From positions 15,750-79,749 of the forward strand of contig JBMNOL010000001.1 of NCBI GenBank assembly GCA_050943055.1: 64,000 bases of DNA. Reading direction: 5' to 3'. How positions within the stretch are numbered: the stretch's first letter is position 1; the number at the start of each line of letters is the position of its first letter. This document shows positions 36,076-45,743 of this stretch, one piece after another. Source of the stretch: Patescibacteria group bacterium (GTDB lineage: Bacteria > Patescibacteriota > Patescibacteriia > Patescibacteriales > UBA12465). Both the position numbers and the translations under genes were made by a program. Below the pieces are notes generated by a model. It saw only the letters and a program-made list of their open reading frames with translations, was not told the DNA's origin and made no database searches.

Positions 36076-36435
36076 CTAACGAAGAGTTGTTTCTTTTAAC
36101 TTTTTCTTGTAAGGCTTCTTTAGGTAATTCAACTTAGCCCGATTAACTTTAGCGATTTTTTTCACCTCAATTTTTGTAATCGTCGGCAAGTTAAGGGGAA
36201 AAATCTTTTCCACGCCCACGCCGTCCGAAACTTTACGAACAGTAATGGTCGCCCCTTTTTCCTTCTGATGTTTACGCGCAATAATAATGCCTTCAAAATA
36301 CTGAACGCGTTCTTTTTCTTCACCCTTAGAATTAAGTTCTTTAATTTTTTGATATATCCGAACCGTCATTCCTGGTTTCAGTTCTAAATCTTGCTCCATT
36401 GCCTTCTCGGCTAAAGTCGCCTTTTTTTCTACCAT
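36076..36435 (-). CDS. rplS: 50S ribosomal protein L19
   Basis: [10 protein letters not shown]...[50 protein letters not shown]. Confidence 0.9.
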   Translation of the reverse strand: MVEKKATLAEKAMEQDLELKPGMTVRIYQKIKELNSKGEEKERVQYFEGIIIARKHQKEKGATITVRKVSDGVGVEKIFPLNLPTITKIEVKKIAKVNRAKLNYLKKPYKKKLKETTLR

Positions 36436-36504
36436 ATTACTTAAAATTAGAAACGAAGCTAATGAGCCTCGCTTTGATTTTACAACTTAAAATCTCGCTT
36501 TATC

Positions 36505-37086
36505 TTATAATTTACTATTTGAATTGTCAATGCCTGCTCTTTGGGCCTGTTCTTTTTTTATTAGGGCGTAAACTTCAGCAAAAACCTCAGCTTCATTTAA
36601 ATTAGTGGTATCAACAACATAATCAAAATTATCCGGATTATAAGCATCAATGCCAAAATATTTCTGATAACGAGTTTGATCACTGAGCTGACGGCGGCGG
36701 GTACTCGCCAAAACTTCTTCTAAGGTGGACATTTTATCATCTTCACCTTGGCGCTGAGCTAAAAGAATGCGCCGCGCCCCCTCAGTTTCCTCTACCTTTA
36801 GGAAAATTTTTAAAGAATGGGGAATAAAATACCAAGAAGTGCGCCCCTCAATGATAAAATTATCCTCGGTTTGACCAAGTTTCTTTTGATATTCATCAAC
36901 CTCCAAGTCGGTTGTCGGGTCTATTTCTCCTAACTTATTGTATTCAGCCAGGGTTAGCCCGCGCCGCGCCGCGGCTTCCCGTCTTAAGCCGCCCATATAA
37001 TAATGAGGCCAACCTAAAGCAGCAGCTAATTTTTCCGCTAAAACGCTTTTTCCTGAACCTTGATTACCGCTTAAAGAAATAATCAT
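36505..37086 (-). CDS. cmk: cytidylate kinase, archaeal/Cytidylate_kin2 type
   Basis: MIISLSGNQGSGKSVLAEKLAAALGWPHYYMGGLRREAAARRGLTLAEYNKLGEIDPTTDLEVD closely follows the archaeal-type CMP kinase pattern. Confidence 0.75.
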   Translation of the reverse strand: MIISLSGNQGSGKSVLAEKLAAALGWPHYYMGGLRREAAARRGLTLAEYNKLGEIDPTTDLEVDEYQKKLGQTEDNFIIEGRTSWYFIPHSLKIFLKVEETEGARRILLAQRQGEDDKMSTLEEVLASTRRRQLSDQTRYQKYFGIDAYNPDNFDYVVDTTNLNEAEVFAEVYALIKKEQAQRAGIDNSNSKL

Positions 37087-37174
37087 GTTGTCTTTTACTT
37101 AATAAAAGTCTATTATATTATAAGCTAAGCCGGCTCTAGATGCAAAGAGATGGCCGGAATTTTCTTTTTTTATT

Positions 37175-40100
37175 ATGTATTTAGAAAAATTAGACATTCA
37201 AGGTTTTAAATCTTTTGCTAACAAAAACTCTCTAGTTTTTCCGGGAATTATTTCCGGTTCCAAGCGCGGTCTAACCTCTATTGTTGGCCCTAATGGGTCA
37301 GGAAAATCAAACATTGCTGATGCTGTCCGCTGGGTTTTGGGCGAACAAAGCCTAAAAACTTTGCGCGGTAAAAAAAGCGAGGATGTAATTTTTTCTGGCT
37401 CTGATAAAAAAAGCCAGCTTAGTTTTGCTGAAGTTTCGCTAATTTTAAATAATGAAGATCTTAAAACACGCCCAATTTTTGACAAAGAAATTGCTCCCCA
37501 AACCAAAGAAGAGGACACGCCTTTAAATTTTGATATTGTCCGAGAATTCCTAAAGTCTCCCAAAATTACTATTACCAGGCGCCTGTTTAGAAGTGGGGAG
37601 AGTGAATACTTAATTAACGGTAAGCGCGTTCGTCTGACTGACGTCCAAATGTTGCTAGCTAAAGCTAATGTTGGCCAAAAAACTTATAGCATTATTGGCC
37701 AAGGAATGGTCGAAAATTTTTTAAACACCAGTGCTAGTGAGCGAAAAGATTTTTTTGACGAAGCGACCGGAATTAAAGAGTTTCAAATTAAACGCGATTT
37801 GTCTATTAATAAACTGGAAGGAAGTTACGAAAATTTACAGCAAGTAGAGATGCTTTTAACAGAAATTAGACCGCGATTAAAAAGCCTAACTCGCCAAGTT
37901 GATAAATTAAAACGTCGCGATGAGCTGGAAAGCGAATTAAAAACCCATCAATTAAATTATTACGGTTATCTCTATAAAGAGGCGGAACAAAAACTTAAAG
38001 AAGCAAATACTAATTACTTAAAATTGGAAAAAGAGCGCTTTGATGAGAATGACCGCCTGATAGAACTTGAAAAAACCATCGAACAAATGCGCGCCAGCAC
38101 TGATCGCCAAAAACTTAACACCTGGCAACTTGAATTAGCTAGCTACCAAAAAGAAAAGGACCAAGCCTGGCGCGAATTGACTAAACTCCAAGCTGAGCTT
38201 GAACACCAATTAGATGCTCAAGGTCAATATGATATTTCTTGGCTAAAAACTAAAGACCAAGATTTAGTCAGCGCTATTAGTGCCGCCCAAGAAGAGTTGC
38301 GATCTTTACCCTTAAGCTCAACAACTGAAGCTTTGGTGGCCAGCCAAGAAGAATTAGTTTTAGTAAATAAAGAGCTCGCCGCGGCCAAAGAAGCCCTCAA
38401 CGCCGTTAAAAAACAAGAAGCAGAAAAAAGCCGCTGTTTACAAGAAATTGCCCGCCTGGATGCCGTTTTACAGGTCAGCCGAGAATTTCTAAATTTTGAC
38501 CCGAAACTTAAAGCCGAAGAAAAAAAGACTCTTACAAAAAGAGTTTCTGATTGCGACGCTTTACTTAAAGAGGCAGAGGCCGAAGTAGCGCGCCTAAAAG
38601 ATGAAGAGAGAAGGGCAACTGAAAAAATTAACTCCTTAAACAATTCCCTCAACGAAACGCGCGCCGAAGTGGAGCGTCTAAAAAATAAATTAAAACAAAG
38701 CGAATTAAAAAGCGGTAAATCAGTAATTAGTGCTGCTGTGGATCGCTTTCTTGAGGAATTGGCGCAACTGGAAGAAGAGACCGACAGTAAACGTCTTAAG
38801 TCTAGACTGAAAGAGAGTCAAAAAAAGTTTGCCGCCGAGATTAAAGAAATTTTAGATTACGGCGCGGAAGCGGAAACTGAACAATTAAAAGATTTACAAG
38901 AACGCTTAATTGCCTTGGGACAAGAAAAACAACTAGCGAGTGATTCCTTAATGGATTGTCGCCTTAAGGTTGCGGCCGCCGAAGAAAAATGGCGCTTAGC
39001 GGTTTCCGCCCACAAGGACGCGGAACGGGATTTAAAAAATAATCAAGAAGAAATAACGAGAGCCCGAGAAGCGCAAGGCGAAGCTAGTTCGGCGCAAGAA
39101 AAAAAAGATTTACTGATAAAAGAAGTAGAAACTTTAGAGCAAAAGATTAAAGCTGTTTACGAGGCTAATAAGTACCAAACCTTGGAGGAGAGTCGGCGTG
39201 AAGCGGAGAAGCGCTTAAACGCTAAGCACTTGGAATTAAATTCTTTAAATGAAAAAAAACGCTTAATAACTACCCGCCTAGAAAGTCTGACCCGAGAACA
39301 AACAGAAATTCAGAATAAGATTAAGCGTAGCGAAATAAAATTTGATGCTGCCGAACTAGAGAAAAAAATTGCCAGTGTTCAGTCCGAAATTAACCGGAGT
39401 CAAGAAAAAATTACTGCCGTTCAAGAAAAAATAAAGGTTTATTCAGACGCTAAAGAGGCGGAAACGGCGCAGCTTTTTAAACTCCAACGCCAAGCTGATG
39501 AAAAGCGTCGCCTCATTAATCGCCTAGCGACAGAACTAAATGATTGGCGTGTCGTTGCCGCTAAAGAAGAGACTCGACTGGAAAACCTGGAAAGCAATAT
39601 TCGCGACGCGGATTTGGATCTACTGCTTATTAAAAAACATGTTTTAGAAACTGAAGAAATTGAATTAGAGCGCTGGCGCGAAAGAATAAACCAACTCCAA
39701 AATCAATTAGAATTAATTGGTGGAATTGACCCAGAAACTGAAACTGAATTTAATCAAACCAAAGAGCGCTTTGATTTTTTAAGCGCGCAGACAGCCGATT
39801 TAAATCAAGCGATTGTTTCTTTAGAAAAAATTATTACCGAATTAGACACCAATATCAAAGAACGCTTTGACCAGGAGTTCGCAATAATTTCTGAGAAATT
39901 TAGTGAATATTTTAAAATTTTATTTAATGGTGGTGAAGCTAAGATATTTAAATTGTCAGAACCAGAAACCTCGGAAACTGAAGAGGAAAACTCTAGCCAA
40001 AGCCTTAGCGAACGAAATCTCCGTAAAGTTAAACGCTTAAAAAGAAATAACTCTTTAGGTTTATCAGGAATTGAAGTTCAAGCCACGCCGCCCGGGAAAA

Positions 40101-40414
40101 AAATTAAAACCGTTTCCATGCTTTCCGGCGGCGAGCGCGCCTTAACGGCAATTGCTTTAATTTGCGCTATTATTAGTGCTAATCCTTCACCATTTGTGAT
40201 TTTAGATGAAGTTGATGCCGCCCTAGATGAAGCTAATTCGGAGCGCTTAGCTCAAATCTTAGACGATCTCTCCAATCAAACCCAATTTATTGTTATTACC
40301 CACAACCGCGCCTCAATGAAACGCTCCCAAATTTTATACGGCGTCACTATGCAAGCTGATGGCGTCAGCCAACTCCTTAGTATTAAGTTAGAAGACGCCC
40401 CACTTCCTCAGTAA
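37175..40414 (+). CDS. smc: chromosome segregation protein SMC
   Basis: N-terminal Walker A GPNGSGKSN, long coiled coils, C-terminal signature LSGGERALTAIALI and Walker B ILDEVDAALD. A terminator palindrome lies at 40438-40464. Confidence 0.85.
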   Translation: MYLEKLDIQGFKSFANKNSLVFPGIISGSKRGLTSIVGPNGSGKSNIADAVRWVLGEQSLKTLRGKKSEDVIFSGSDKKSQLSFAEVSLILNNEDLKTRPIFDKEIAPQTKEEDTPLNFDIVREFLKSPKITITRRLFRSGESEYLINGKRVRLTDVQMLLAKANVGQKTYSIIGQGMVENFLNTSASERKDFFDEATGIKEFQIKRDLSINKLEGSYENLQQVEMLLTEIRPRLKSLTRQVDKLKRRDELESELKTHQLNYYGYLYKEAEQKLKEANTNYLKLEKERFDENDRLIELEKTIEQMRASTDRQKLNTWQLELASYQKEKDQAWRELTKLQAELEHQLDAQGQYDISWLKTKDQDLVSAISAAQEELRSLPLSSTTEALVASQEELVLVNKELAAAKEALNAVKKQEAEKSRCLQEIARLDAVLQVSREFLNFDPKLKAEEKKTLTKRVSDCDALLKEAEAEVARLKDEERRATEKINSLNNSLNETRAEVERLKNKLKQSELKSGKSVISAAVDRFLEELAQLEEETDSKRLKSRLKESQKKFAAEIKEILDYGAEAETEQLKDLQERLIALGQEKQLASDSLMDCRLKVAAAEEKWRLAVSAHKDAERDLKNNQEEITRAREAQGEASSAQEKKDLLIKEVETLEQKIKAVYEANKYQTLEESRREAEKRLNAKHLELNSLNEKKRLITTRLESLTREQTEIQNKIKRSEIKFDAAELEKKIASVQSEINRSQEKITAVQEKIKVYSDAKEAETAQLFKLQRQADEKRRLINRLATELNDWRVVAAKEETRLENLESNIRDADLDLLLIKKHVLETEEIELERWRERINQLQNQLELIGGIDPETETEFNQTKERFDFLSAQTADLNQAIVSLEKIITELDTNIKERFDQEFAIISEKFSEYFKILFNGGEAKIFKLSEPETSETEEENSSQSLSERNLRKVKRLKRNNSLGLSGIEVQATPPGKKIKTVSMLSGGERALTAIALICAIISANPSPFVILDEVDAALDEANSERLAQILDDLSNQTQFIVITHNRASMKRSQILYGVTMQADGVSQLLSIKLEDAPLPQ

Positions 40415-40526
40415 TAAAAAAATAATCCTATTTTAAAAGAGCGCTACTAGTAGCGCTCTTTTTAGTTTTAGCATTTTTTTGTTATAATAATTATGTTTAA
40501 GAGATTACTAATCGCGCTTTGATTTT

Positions 40527-41897
40527 ATGTTAAAAAAACCTCTTTTGCTCGCATCTTTATTAATTTTTTTTGTAGGAGCTGGTTTCGGCTGTCAAACAAA
40601 AATAGACGAAGCCACTTTAAAAGCTTCAGAGCCAATCAAAATTGTTTTTTGGCAAGCTTTTGATGATTCGGATGCTTTTTCAGAAGCAATCAAAAAGTAC
40701 CAAGAGCTACACCCCAACGTTACCATTGAATATAAAAAATTCCGTTACGAAGAGTATGAAAATCAGCTTTTAAACGCTTGGGCTGAGGACCGGGGGCCGG
40801 ATATTTTTGCCATCCATAATACTTGGGTCAAAAAATACCAACCAAAAATTACCCCCTTACCAGAATACACTTCAATTGCTTTTTTCGTAGAAAGTACGGG
40901 TTTTAAAAAAGAACTGGTTCCCGAATTAAGAAGTATTAGAAGTTTAAGCACTAGAGAACTTAAAAATAATTTTGCCGATGTTGTGGCTACAGACGCTATT
41001 TTAGAAGATGGCTTAATTTATGGCTTACCTTTATCGGTAGACACCTTAGCTCTTTATTACAATCGCGATCTACTAAATAGTGCTGGAATCGTGGAGCCGC
41101 CCCGTTACTGGAACCGAGAATTCCAGCAAGCCGTTAAAAAGATGACTAAACAGGATCCTAAAAAAGGTTTAGTCCAATCAGGAATTGCTTTAGGAACGGC
41201 GAATAATATTAATCGGGCCAGCGACATTTTGGCGGTCTTAATGCTACAAAATGGCGCCACTATAATTGATAACAATCGAGTCGTCTTTAACCAGGTCCCC
41301 CCTTATATTACTAGCGGCTACAACCCCGGACTAGAAGCCCTTCGTTTTTATACCGACTTTGCCAACCCCAACAAAGAAGTTTATTCCTGGAATGCTGACC
41401 AAGAGAATGCTTTAGATGCCTTCACTAGTGGCAATCTGGCGATGATGCTGGGCTATTCTTTTAACTTGGAGCAAATTCGCTCGCAAGCGCCAAAATTAAA
41501 CTTCGGCGTCGCCAAACTGCCGCAAATAGAGGGTAATCAGCTCCAAATAAATATGGCTAATTATTGGCTCTTAACCGTTTCTAAAAAAAGTGAACATAGT
41601 GATGTGGCCTGGGATTTTATCCAGTTTTTAACTAAAAAAGAAAACGCCGATGTTTACTTAGAAAAAACTGGTAAACCGACTGCTTTAAAAGCTAGTATTA
41701 ATGACCAGAAAAATGATGAATATCTTGGTCCTTTTGCGGAACAAGTCTTAAGCGCTAAAAGTTGGTATCGTGGCCTTAGTGCTCAGGATGCCGAAGCGGC
41801 CATGGGGGAAATGATTAAAAACGCCTTAAATCCTAATTTTAAGATAATAGACGTTTTAAATGATGGGGCGATTAAAGTTCAACAAACAATCCGCTAA
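40527..41897 (+). CDS. ABC-transporter extracellular solute-binding lipoprotein (family 1, sugar-type), orphan
   Basis: Lipobox LLASLLIFFVGAGFGC and SBP_bac_1-like fold features. No permease or ATPase genes are adjacent. Confidence 0.65.
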   Translation: MLKKPLLLASLLIFFVGAGFGCQTKIDEATLKASEPIKIVFWQAFDDSDAFSEAIKKYQELHPNVTIEYKKFRYEEYENQLLNAWAEDRGPDIFAIHNTWVKKYQPKITPLPEYTSIAFFVESTGFKKELVPELRSIRSLSTRELKNNFADVVATDAILEDGLIYGLPLSVDTLALYYNRDLLNSAGIVEPPRYWNREFQQAVKKMTKQDPKKGLVQSGIALGTANNINRASDILAVLMLQNGATIIDNNRVVFNQVPPYITSGYNPGLEALRFYTDFANPNKEVYSWNADQENALDAFTSGNLAMMLGYSFNLEQIRSQAPKLNFGVAKLPQIEGNQLQINMANYWLLTVSKKSEHSDVAWDFIQFLTKKENADVYLEKTGKPTALKASINDQKNDEYLGPFAEQVLSAKSWYRGLSAQDAEAAMGEMIKNALNPNFKIIDVLNDGAIKVQQTIR

Positions 41898-41901
41898 TTA
41901 T

Positions 41902-42300
41902 ATGAAGTTAAAAAAAATTATTCCCCCTCTTCTTTTTCTTGGTTTTATAATCGTCGGGCCAGGGCTTACTCACGCCCAAAGCTTGGTTGATACCACCGAT
42001 CCGGCTTATGCTACCGGAGGTTACACCCTAGATCATATTCGCAATTATTTAATTTATTTAATGTATTTTATTTTAGGTCTCGTAGGCACCCTCTCCTTAG
42101 CAGCTTTTGTTTATGGTGGTATTGTTTTTTTAACTTCGGCCGGCTCCGATCAGAAAGTAAAAAAAGGGAAAGACATTTTAGGAGCAGCGGTAATTGGTTT
42201 ACTAATTGTCTTTTCCAGTGTTTTAATTATTCAAACCCTATTTAATGGCTTAGGAATTAAATGGGACGCCACCAAAGGAACTCTTCCTGATATAAAATAA
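41902..42300 (+). CDS. T4SS-pilin-like (TrbC/VirB2-like, CPR 'pilin') small membrane protein
   Basis: Start moved to the ATG at 41902. Signal peptide, TM helix and the motif GGIVFLTSAGSDQKVKKGKDILGAAVIGLLIV, related to the array at 44410-46972. Confidence 0.6.
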   Translation: MKLKKIIPPLLFLGFIIVGPGLTHAQSLVDTTDPAYATGGYTLDHIRNYLIYLMYFILGLVGTLSLAAFVYGGIVFLTSAGSDQKVKKGKDILGAAVIGLLIVFSSVLIIQTLFNGLGIKWDATKGTLPDIK

Positions 42301-42306
42301 AGGGTT

Positions 42307-42969
42307 ATGGCTGAATTTACCAGAAAATCCTTAAACAATAAAAGCAGTCTAGGGACGCGCTTAAGAGAGACTCGCGAATTAAAGCAAGTAGATGTCGCTC
42401 TGGCCGCCAAAAAATTAGGCATCCGTTTAGAATATTTATTAGCCTTAGAGGAAGATCGCTTTGACCGCTTGCCGGCCGGTTTATATGGCCGCAATTATGT
42501 AAAAAAATATGGCCGCTGGTTGGGTTTTCCCAGCTCCGAAATTAATAAATGGTTGATTGAACAGGAAAAAAATGCCGGCCCGGGAGTTGATCCATTTTCT
42601 CAAAAAATTGTCGCTAAAAAAGAGTTTGCCAATTTTCCTAAACTAATCCGCAACCTTGTTCTAATTTTAATTCTTTTAGCTTTTCTGGGATACTTAGCTT
42701 TTTATCTAACCAGAATTGTTTCCGCCCCGGAATTAGTAATCTTTGAACCAGCCAATAATTTAAAAACTACCAGCACTGTTTGGGAAATTAGCGGACACAG
42801 TGAACCGGAAGCGGAAATTAGAATTAATGGCGAGGAAGTATTAAGCATGAAAAATGGCGATTTTTCTTTAGTGGTTAATTTAAAAAAGGGGCTGAACAAT
42901 ATCACTGTTAGCGCCAAAAAAAAGCATAGCAGCGAAGCTGTGGTTGAACGCCAAATTTTAGTAGAATAA
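42307..42969 (+). CDS. RodZ-like HTH/XRE membrane protein
   Basis: N-terminal HTH (LRETRELKQVDVALAAKKLGIRLEYLLALEEDRFDRLPAGLYGRNYVKKYGRWLGF), one TM helix, and a C-terminal DUF4115-like beta domain. Confidence 0.65.
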   Translation: MAEFTRKSLNNKSSLGTRLRETRELKQVDVALAAKKLGIRLEYLLALEEDRFDRLPAGLYGRNYVKKYGRWLGFPSSEINKWLIEQEKNAGPGVDPFSQKIVAKKEFANFPKLIRNLVLILILLAFLGYLAFYLTRIVSAPELVIFEPANNLKTTSTVWEISGHSEPEAEIRINGEEVLSMKNGDFSLVVNLKKGLNNITVSAKKKHSSEAVVERQILVE

Positions 42970-42985
42970 ATTAAATACTACTTAT

Positions 42986-43537
42986 ATGAGCGAACTTTCT
43001 TTTAGAAAAACTTTAGACATGGATTTGATTTTTGAAAAAATGCCAATTCAGGAGGGGCAAGTAGTCGCCGAATTAGGCTGCGGTCATTTAGGTCATTTTG
43101 TTTTCCCTCTCGCTAACCGAGTTGGCAGCACTGGTACTCTTTATGCTGTCGACATTATTCCGGAAATTTTAGATGATATTAAAAAACGCGCTCACCTGGA
43201 GAATCTACCACAAATAAAAACCATCTGGACTAACTTGGAAGTATTTAAAGGCGCCGCTATTAAATCTGGAACTGTGGAAACTGCTTTTTTAATTAATGTT
43301 TTACATCAATCCGAAAAAAAGCTGGACATTCTCCGCGAAACTGCTAGGCTACTAAAAGTAGGTGGCCACTTAGTTTTAGTTGATTGGAAGCTAGACGCCC
43401 CCAGTTTTGGCCCCCCACCTGAAAATCGCCTGGCTCCAGCCAATCTCCCCGATTTAGCCGCTAAAAGCGGTTTAGCGATCAAAGAGCAATTTGCCGCCGG
43501 TGATTATTATTATGCCTTTATTTTAAAAAAACTTTAA
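42986..43537 (+). CDS. class I SAM-dependent methyltransferase
   Basis: Motif I VAELGCGHLGHF and motif II LYAVDI. Confidence 0.6.
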   Translation: MSELSFRKTLDMDLIFEKMPIQEGQVVAELGCGHLGHFVFPLANRVGSTGTLYAVDIIPEILDDIKKRAHLENLPQIKTIWTNLEVFKGAAIKSGTVETAFLINVLHQSEKKLDILRETARLLKVGGHLVLVDWKLDAPSFGPPPENRLAPANLPDLAAKSGLAIKEQFAAGDYYYAFILKKL

Positions 43538-43543
43538 TTTTTT

Positions 43544-43930
43544 ATGTGGTCAGAATTACTCTCTCTTTCTTTTTGGTTTAATCTACGTCCCGGCAGCTTT
43601 TCCGATGTCGAGCGCTATTCTTTATTAGGCTTTATCGGCTTACTCTTAATTGTTTCAGTCATTTCCTTTATTATTAAAAAACGCGCGGGCAAAAATCGTT
43701 TTACCGCTCGCCTTTTTTATGATTTTAGCTTTACCAATGCCTTAATCGGTCTCATTCTGCTTTTCTTTAACTATGAAATAATCCCTTTTTTATCGGCTCA
43801 TTTTTGGTACTTACTGTGGCTGATAGCGATGATTTGGTGGCTTATTTCAATTATTAAAAAAATTAAGGCGGTTTCCAAGAAGCGCTCCCAGGAGCCCAAT
43901 GGTCCAGATTTAAAAAAATATCTGCCTTAA
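43544..43930 (+). CDS. small membrane protein
   Basis: 128 aa, 3-4 TM helices. A terminator lies at 43959-43985. Confidence 0.45.
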   Translation: MWSELLSLSFWFNLRPGSFSDVERYSLLGFIGLLLIVSVISFIIKKRAGKNRFTARLFYDFSFTNALIGLILLFFNYEIIPFLSAHFWYLLWLIAMIWWLISIIKKIKAVSKKRSQEPNGPDLKKYLP

Positions 43931-43985
43931 AATAAGATCTTAACAACTTGAATTTATTAAAACCCCTCATAAAAAAGGGGTTTTT

Positions 43986-44336
43986 ATGACTAATAAAAAA
44001 ATTTTAGGTAACTGGGGCGAGGATCAGGCTTTAAAATATTTACTAAAACACGACTATCGACTTGTGGCCCGTAATTGGCGCTGCCAAAGACAAGAACTTG
44101 ATTTATTAGTAGCTACCCCCCAGCTACTGGTGGCTATTGAAGTTAAAACGAGGCGTTCTCCTTTAGCCGCCGATCAACCCCTTTTAAGCCTGGGGCAAAT
44201 TACAAGACTGCGCCGAGCCTTAAAATCTTTTTGTTTTTTGCATCATTACCCCTACCAAAAGACCCGTCTTGATCTAATCACAGTTATTGCCAACTCCAAA
44301 CAATCTTTTACTTTAAATCACTACCAAGACTTGTAA
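43986..44336 (+). CDS. yraN: YraN-family (UPF0102) endonuclease
   Basis: ILGNWGEDQALKYLLKHDYRLVARNWRCQRQELDLLVATPQLLVAIEVKTRRS. Confidence 0.8.
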   Translation: MTNKKILGNWGEDQALKYLLKHDYRLVARNWRCQRQELDLLVATPQLLVAIEVKTRRSPLAADQPLLSLGQITRLRRALKSFCFLHHYPYQKTRLDLITVIANSKQSFTLNHYQDL

Positions 44337-44343
44337 TTTTTTG

Positions 44344-44381
44344 TTGTCTTGAAGTCTGGTTTATGCTAAAATCTTAGCATA
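44344..44381 (+). promoter_or_regulatory. sigma-70 promoter with overlapping perfect palindromic operator
   Basis: -35 TTGTCT at 44344-44349, a 17-nt spacer, and an extended -10 TGcTAAAAT at 44364-44372. The palindrome TATGCTAA-aatc-TTAGCATA (44362-44381, 8-bp arms) spans the -10. An RBS GGTGGTG precedes the ATG at 44410. Confidence 0.55.
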
Positions 44382-44409
44382 ATATATAAAACTAGAAAGG
44401 TGGTGAATT

Positions 44410-44793
44410 ATGAAAAAATTGACAAAACACTTATTGTCTTTGGTGTTACTGCTCTCATTGGTAGCGATCCCAATGACAACCTTGGCGAGTGGCGGATTAA
44501 ATGTAAACGATCTCGGCGTTGATGAAATTGATAACACCTTAGATTTAGGGAGACGCAGCCCAATTGAAACTGTAACTAGATTAATTAACTCAGCTATGAT
44601 CTTCTTAGGCATCATTGCTGTCGGGATTATCTTGGTTGCTGGCTTTAAGTGGATGACAGCTGGAGGTAGTGAGGATAAGGTTAGCGAAGCTCAAAAGTTA
44701 ATGTCCTCTGGTGTTGTTGGCTTAATCATCATCTTAGCCGCTTGGGGTATTGCCTACTTCATTTTGGAAATGGCAGTTGATGTTACCCAATAA
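44410..44793 (+). CDS. T4SS-pilin-like protein, paralog 1
   Basis: Signal peptide, TM helix and the motif GFKWMTAGGSEDKVSEAQKLMSSGVVGLIIILAAWGIAYF. Confidence 0.7.
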   Translation: MKKLTKHLLSLVLLLSLVAIPMTTLASGGLNVNDLGVDEIDNTLDLGRRSPIETVTRLINSAMIFLGIIAVGIILVAGFKWMTAGGSEDKVSEAQKLMSSGVVGLIIILAAWGIAYFILEMAVDVTQ

Positions 44794-44898
44794 AAAAATT
44801 TTCAGAAATCGATTCTTGAAAAACGGTCCCTCATTTTTTTATGGGGGGTACCGCCGCGAGCCGGAAATAGTTGCGACTCGCAGCCGTAATTAGTTTTT

Positions 44899-45318
44899 AT
44901 GAAAACTTTTCGCATTTTTTTGCTACTTGCTATTTTCTCTTTTGTTGGCCTGTTTTTACCGGCGACTTCTGGAGCGACCAATAAAGGGATAGAAAAAACC
45001 TTAGAGGGTTTAAATGAGACTGTTAAGGGAGAAGGGGCGGATGGTGGAATTGGTGCCTATAAATCGCAAGTAGATGAAGATCCTCAGAATATTTTAACGA
45101 AACAAGTCACTGATATTATCTCCTTGATTCTTTCTTTTCTTGGGGTTATTTTCTTAGTCATTACTATTTATGCCGGTTTTCTCTGGATGACGGCCAACGG
45201 CAATGACACTCAAATTAAGAAAGCTAAAGATTTATTAATGAATGCTATTGTTGGTCTAGTTATTATTACCGCCGCCTACTCACTAACCGCCTTTGTCGGC
45301 AATCAGCTAACTCGTTAA
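44899..45318 (+). CDS. T4SS-pilin-like protein, paralog 2
   Basis: GFLWMTANGNDTQIKKAKDLLMNAIVGLVIITAAYSLTAF. Confidence 0.7.
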   Translation: MKTFRIFLLLAIFSFVGLFLPATSGATNKGIEKTLEGLNETVKGEGADGGIGAYKSQVDEDPQNILTKQVTDIISLILSFLGVIFLVITIYAGFLWMTANGNDTQIKKAKDLLMNAIVGLVIITAAYSLTAFVGNQLTR

Positions 45319-45319
45319 C

Positions 45320-45736
45320 ATGAAGCGCTTTATCACCACCATTCTTATTGTCAGTTCTTTATTTTTTGGCTTAAGCACCCAAGCTTCTTATAATTTTATC
45401 AGTGATAGTGGCCTAAAAAAAACTGGCGAAAATTTAGGCTATCAAACCGACCAAAACACCGACACTTTTATTGAGTCTTACATTGGTCAAATACTTACCC
45501 TTGTTTTTTCGATTTTAGGCTTAATTTTCTTTGTCTTAATTATCTATGCCGGCTTTTTGTGGATGACCGCCCAAGGTAACGATAGTAAGGTCAGTGAAGC
45601 AAAAAAGATTTTGACTAATGCGATTATTGGTTTGGTTATTGTTCTCGCCTCCTACGCTATCAGTTATTTCGTCTTTAGCGCCTTAACCCCAGCGGTGGAA
45701 ACAGCCACCGAAACGACAGCAGTGGTTGGAGAATAA
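45320..45736 (+). CDS. T4SS-pilin-like protein, paralog 3
   Basis: GFLWMTAQGNDSKVSEAKKILTNAIIGLVIVLASYAISYF. Confidence 0.7.
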   Translation: MKRFITTILIVSSLFFGLSTQASYNFISDSGLKKTGENLGYQTDQNTDTFIESYIGQILTLVFSILGLIFFVLIIYAGFLWMTAQGNDSKVSEAKKILTNAIIGLVIVLASYAISYFVFSALTPAVETATETTAVVGE

Positions 45737-45743
45737 TTATTAT

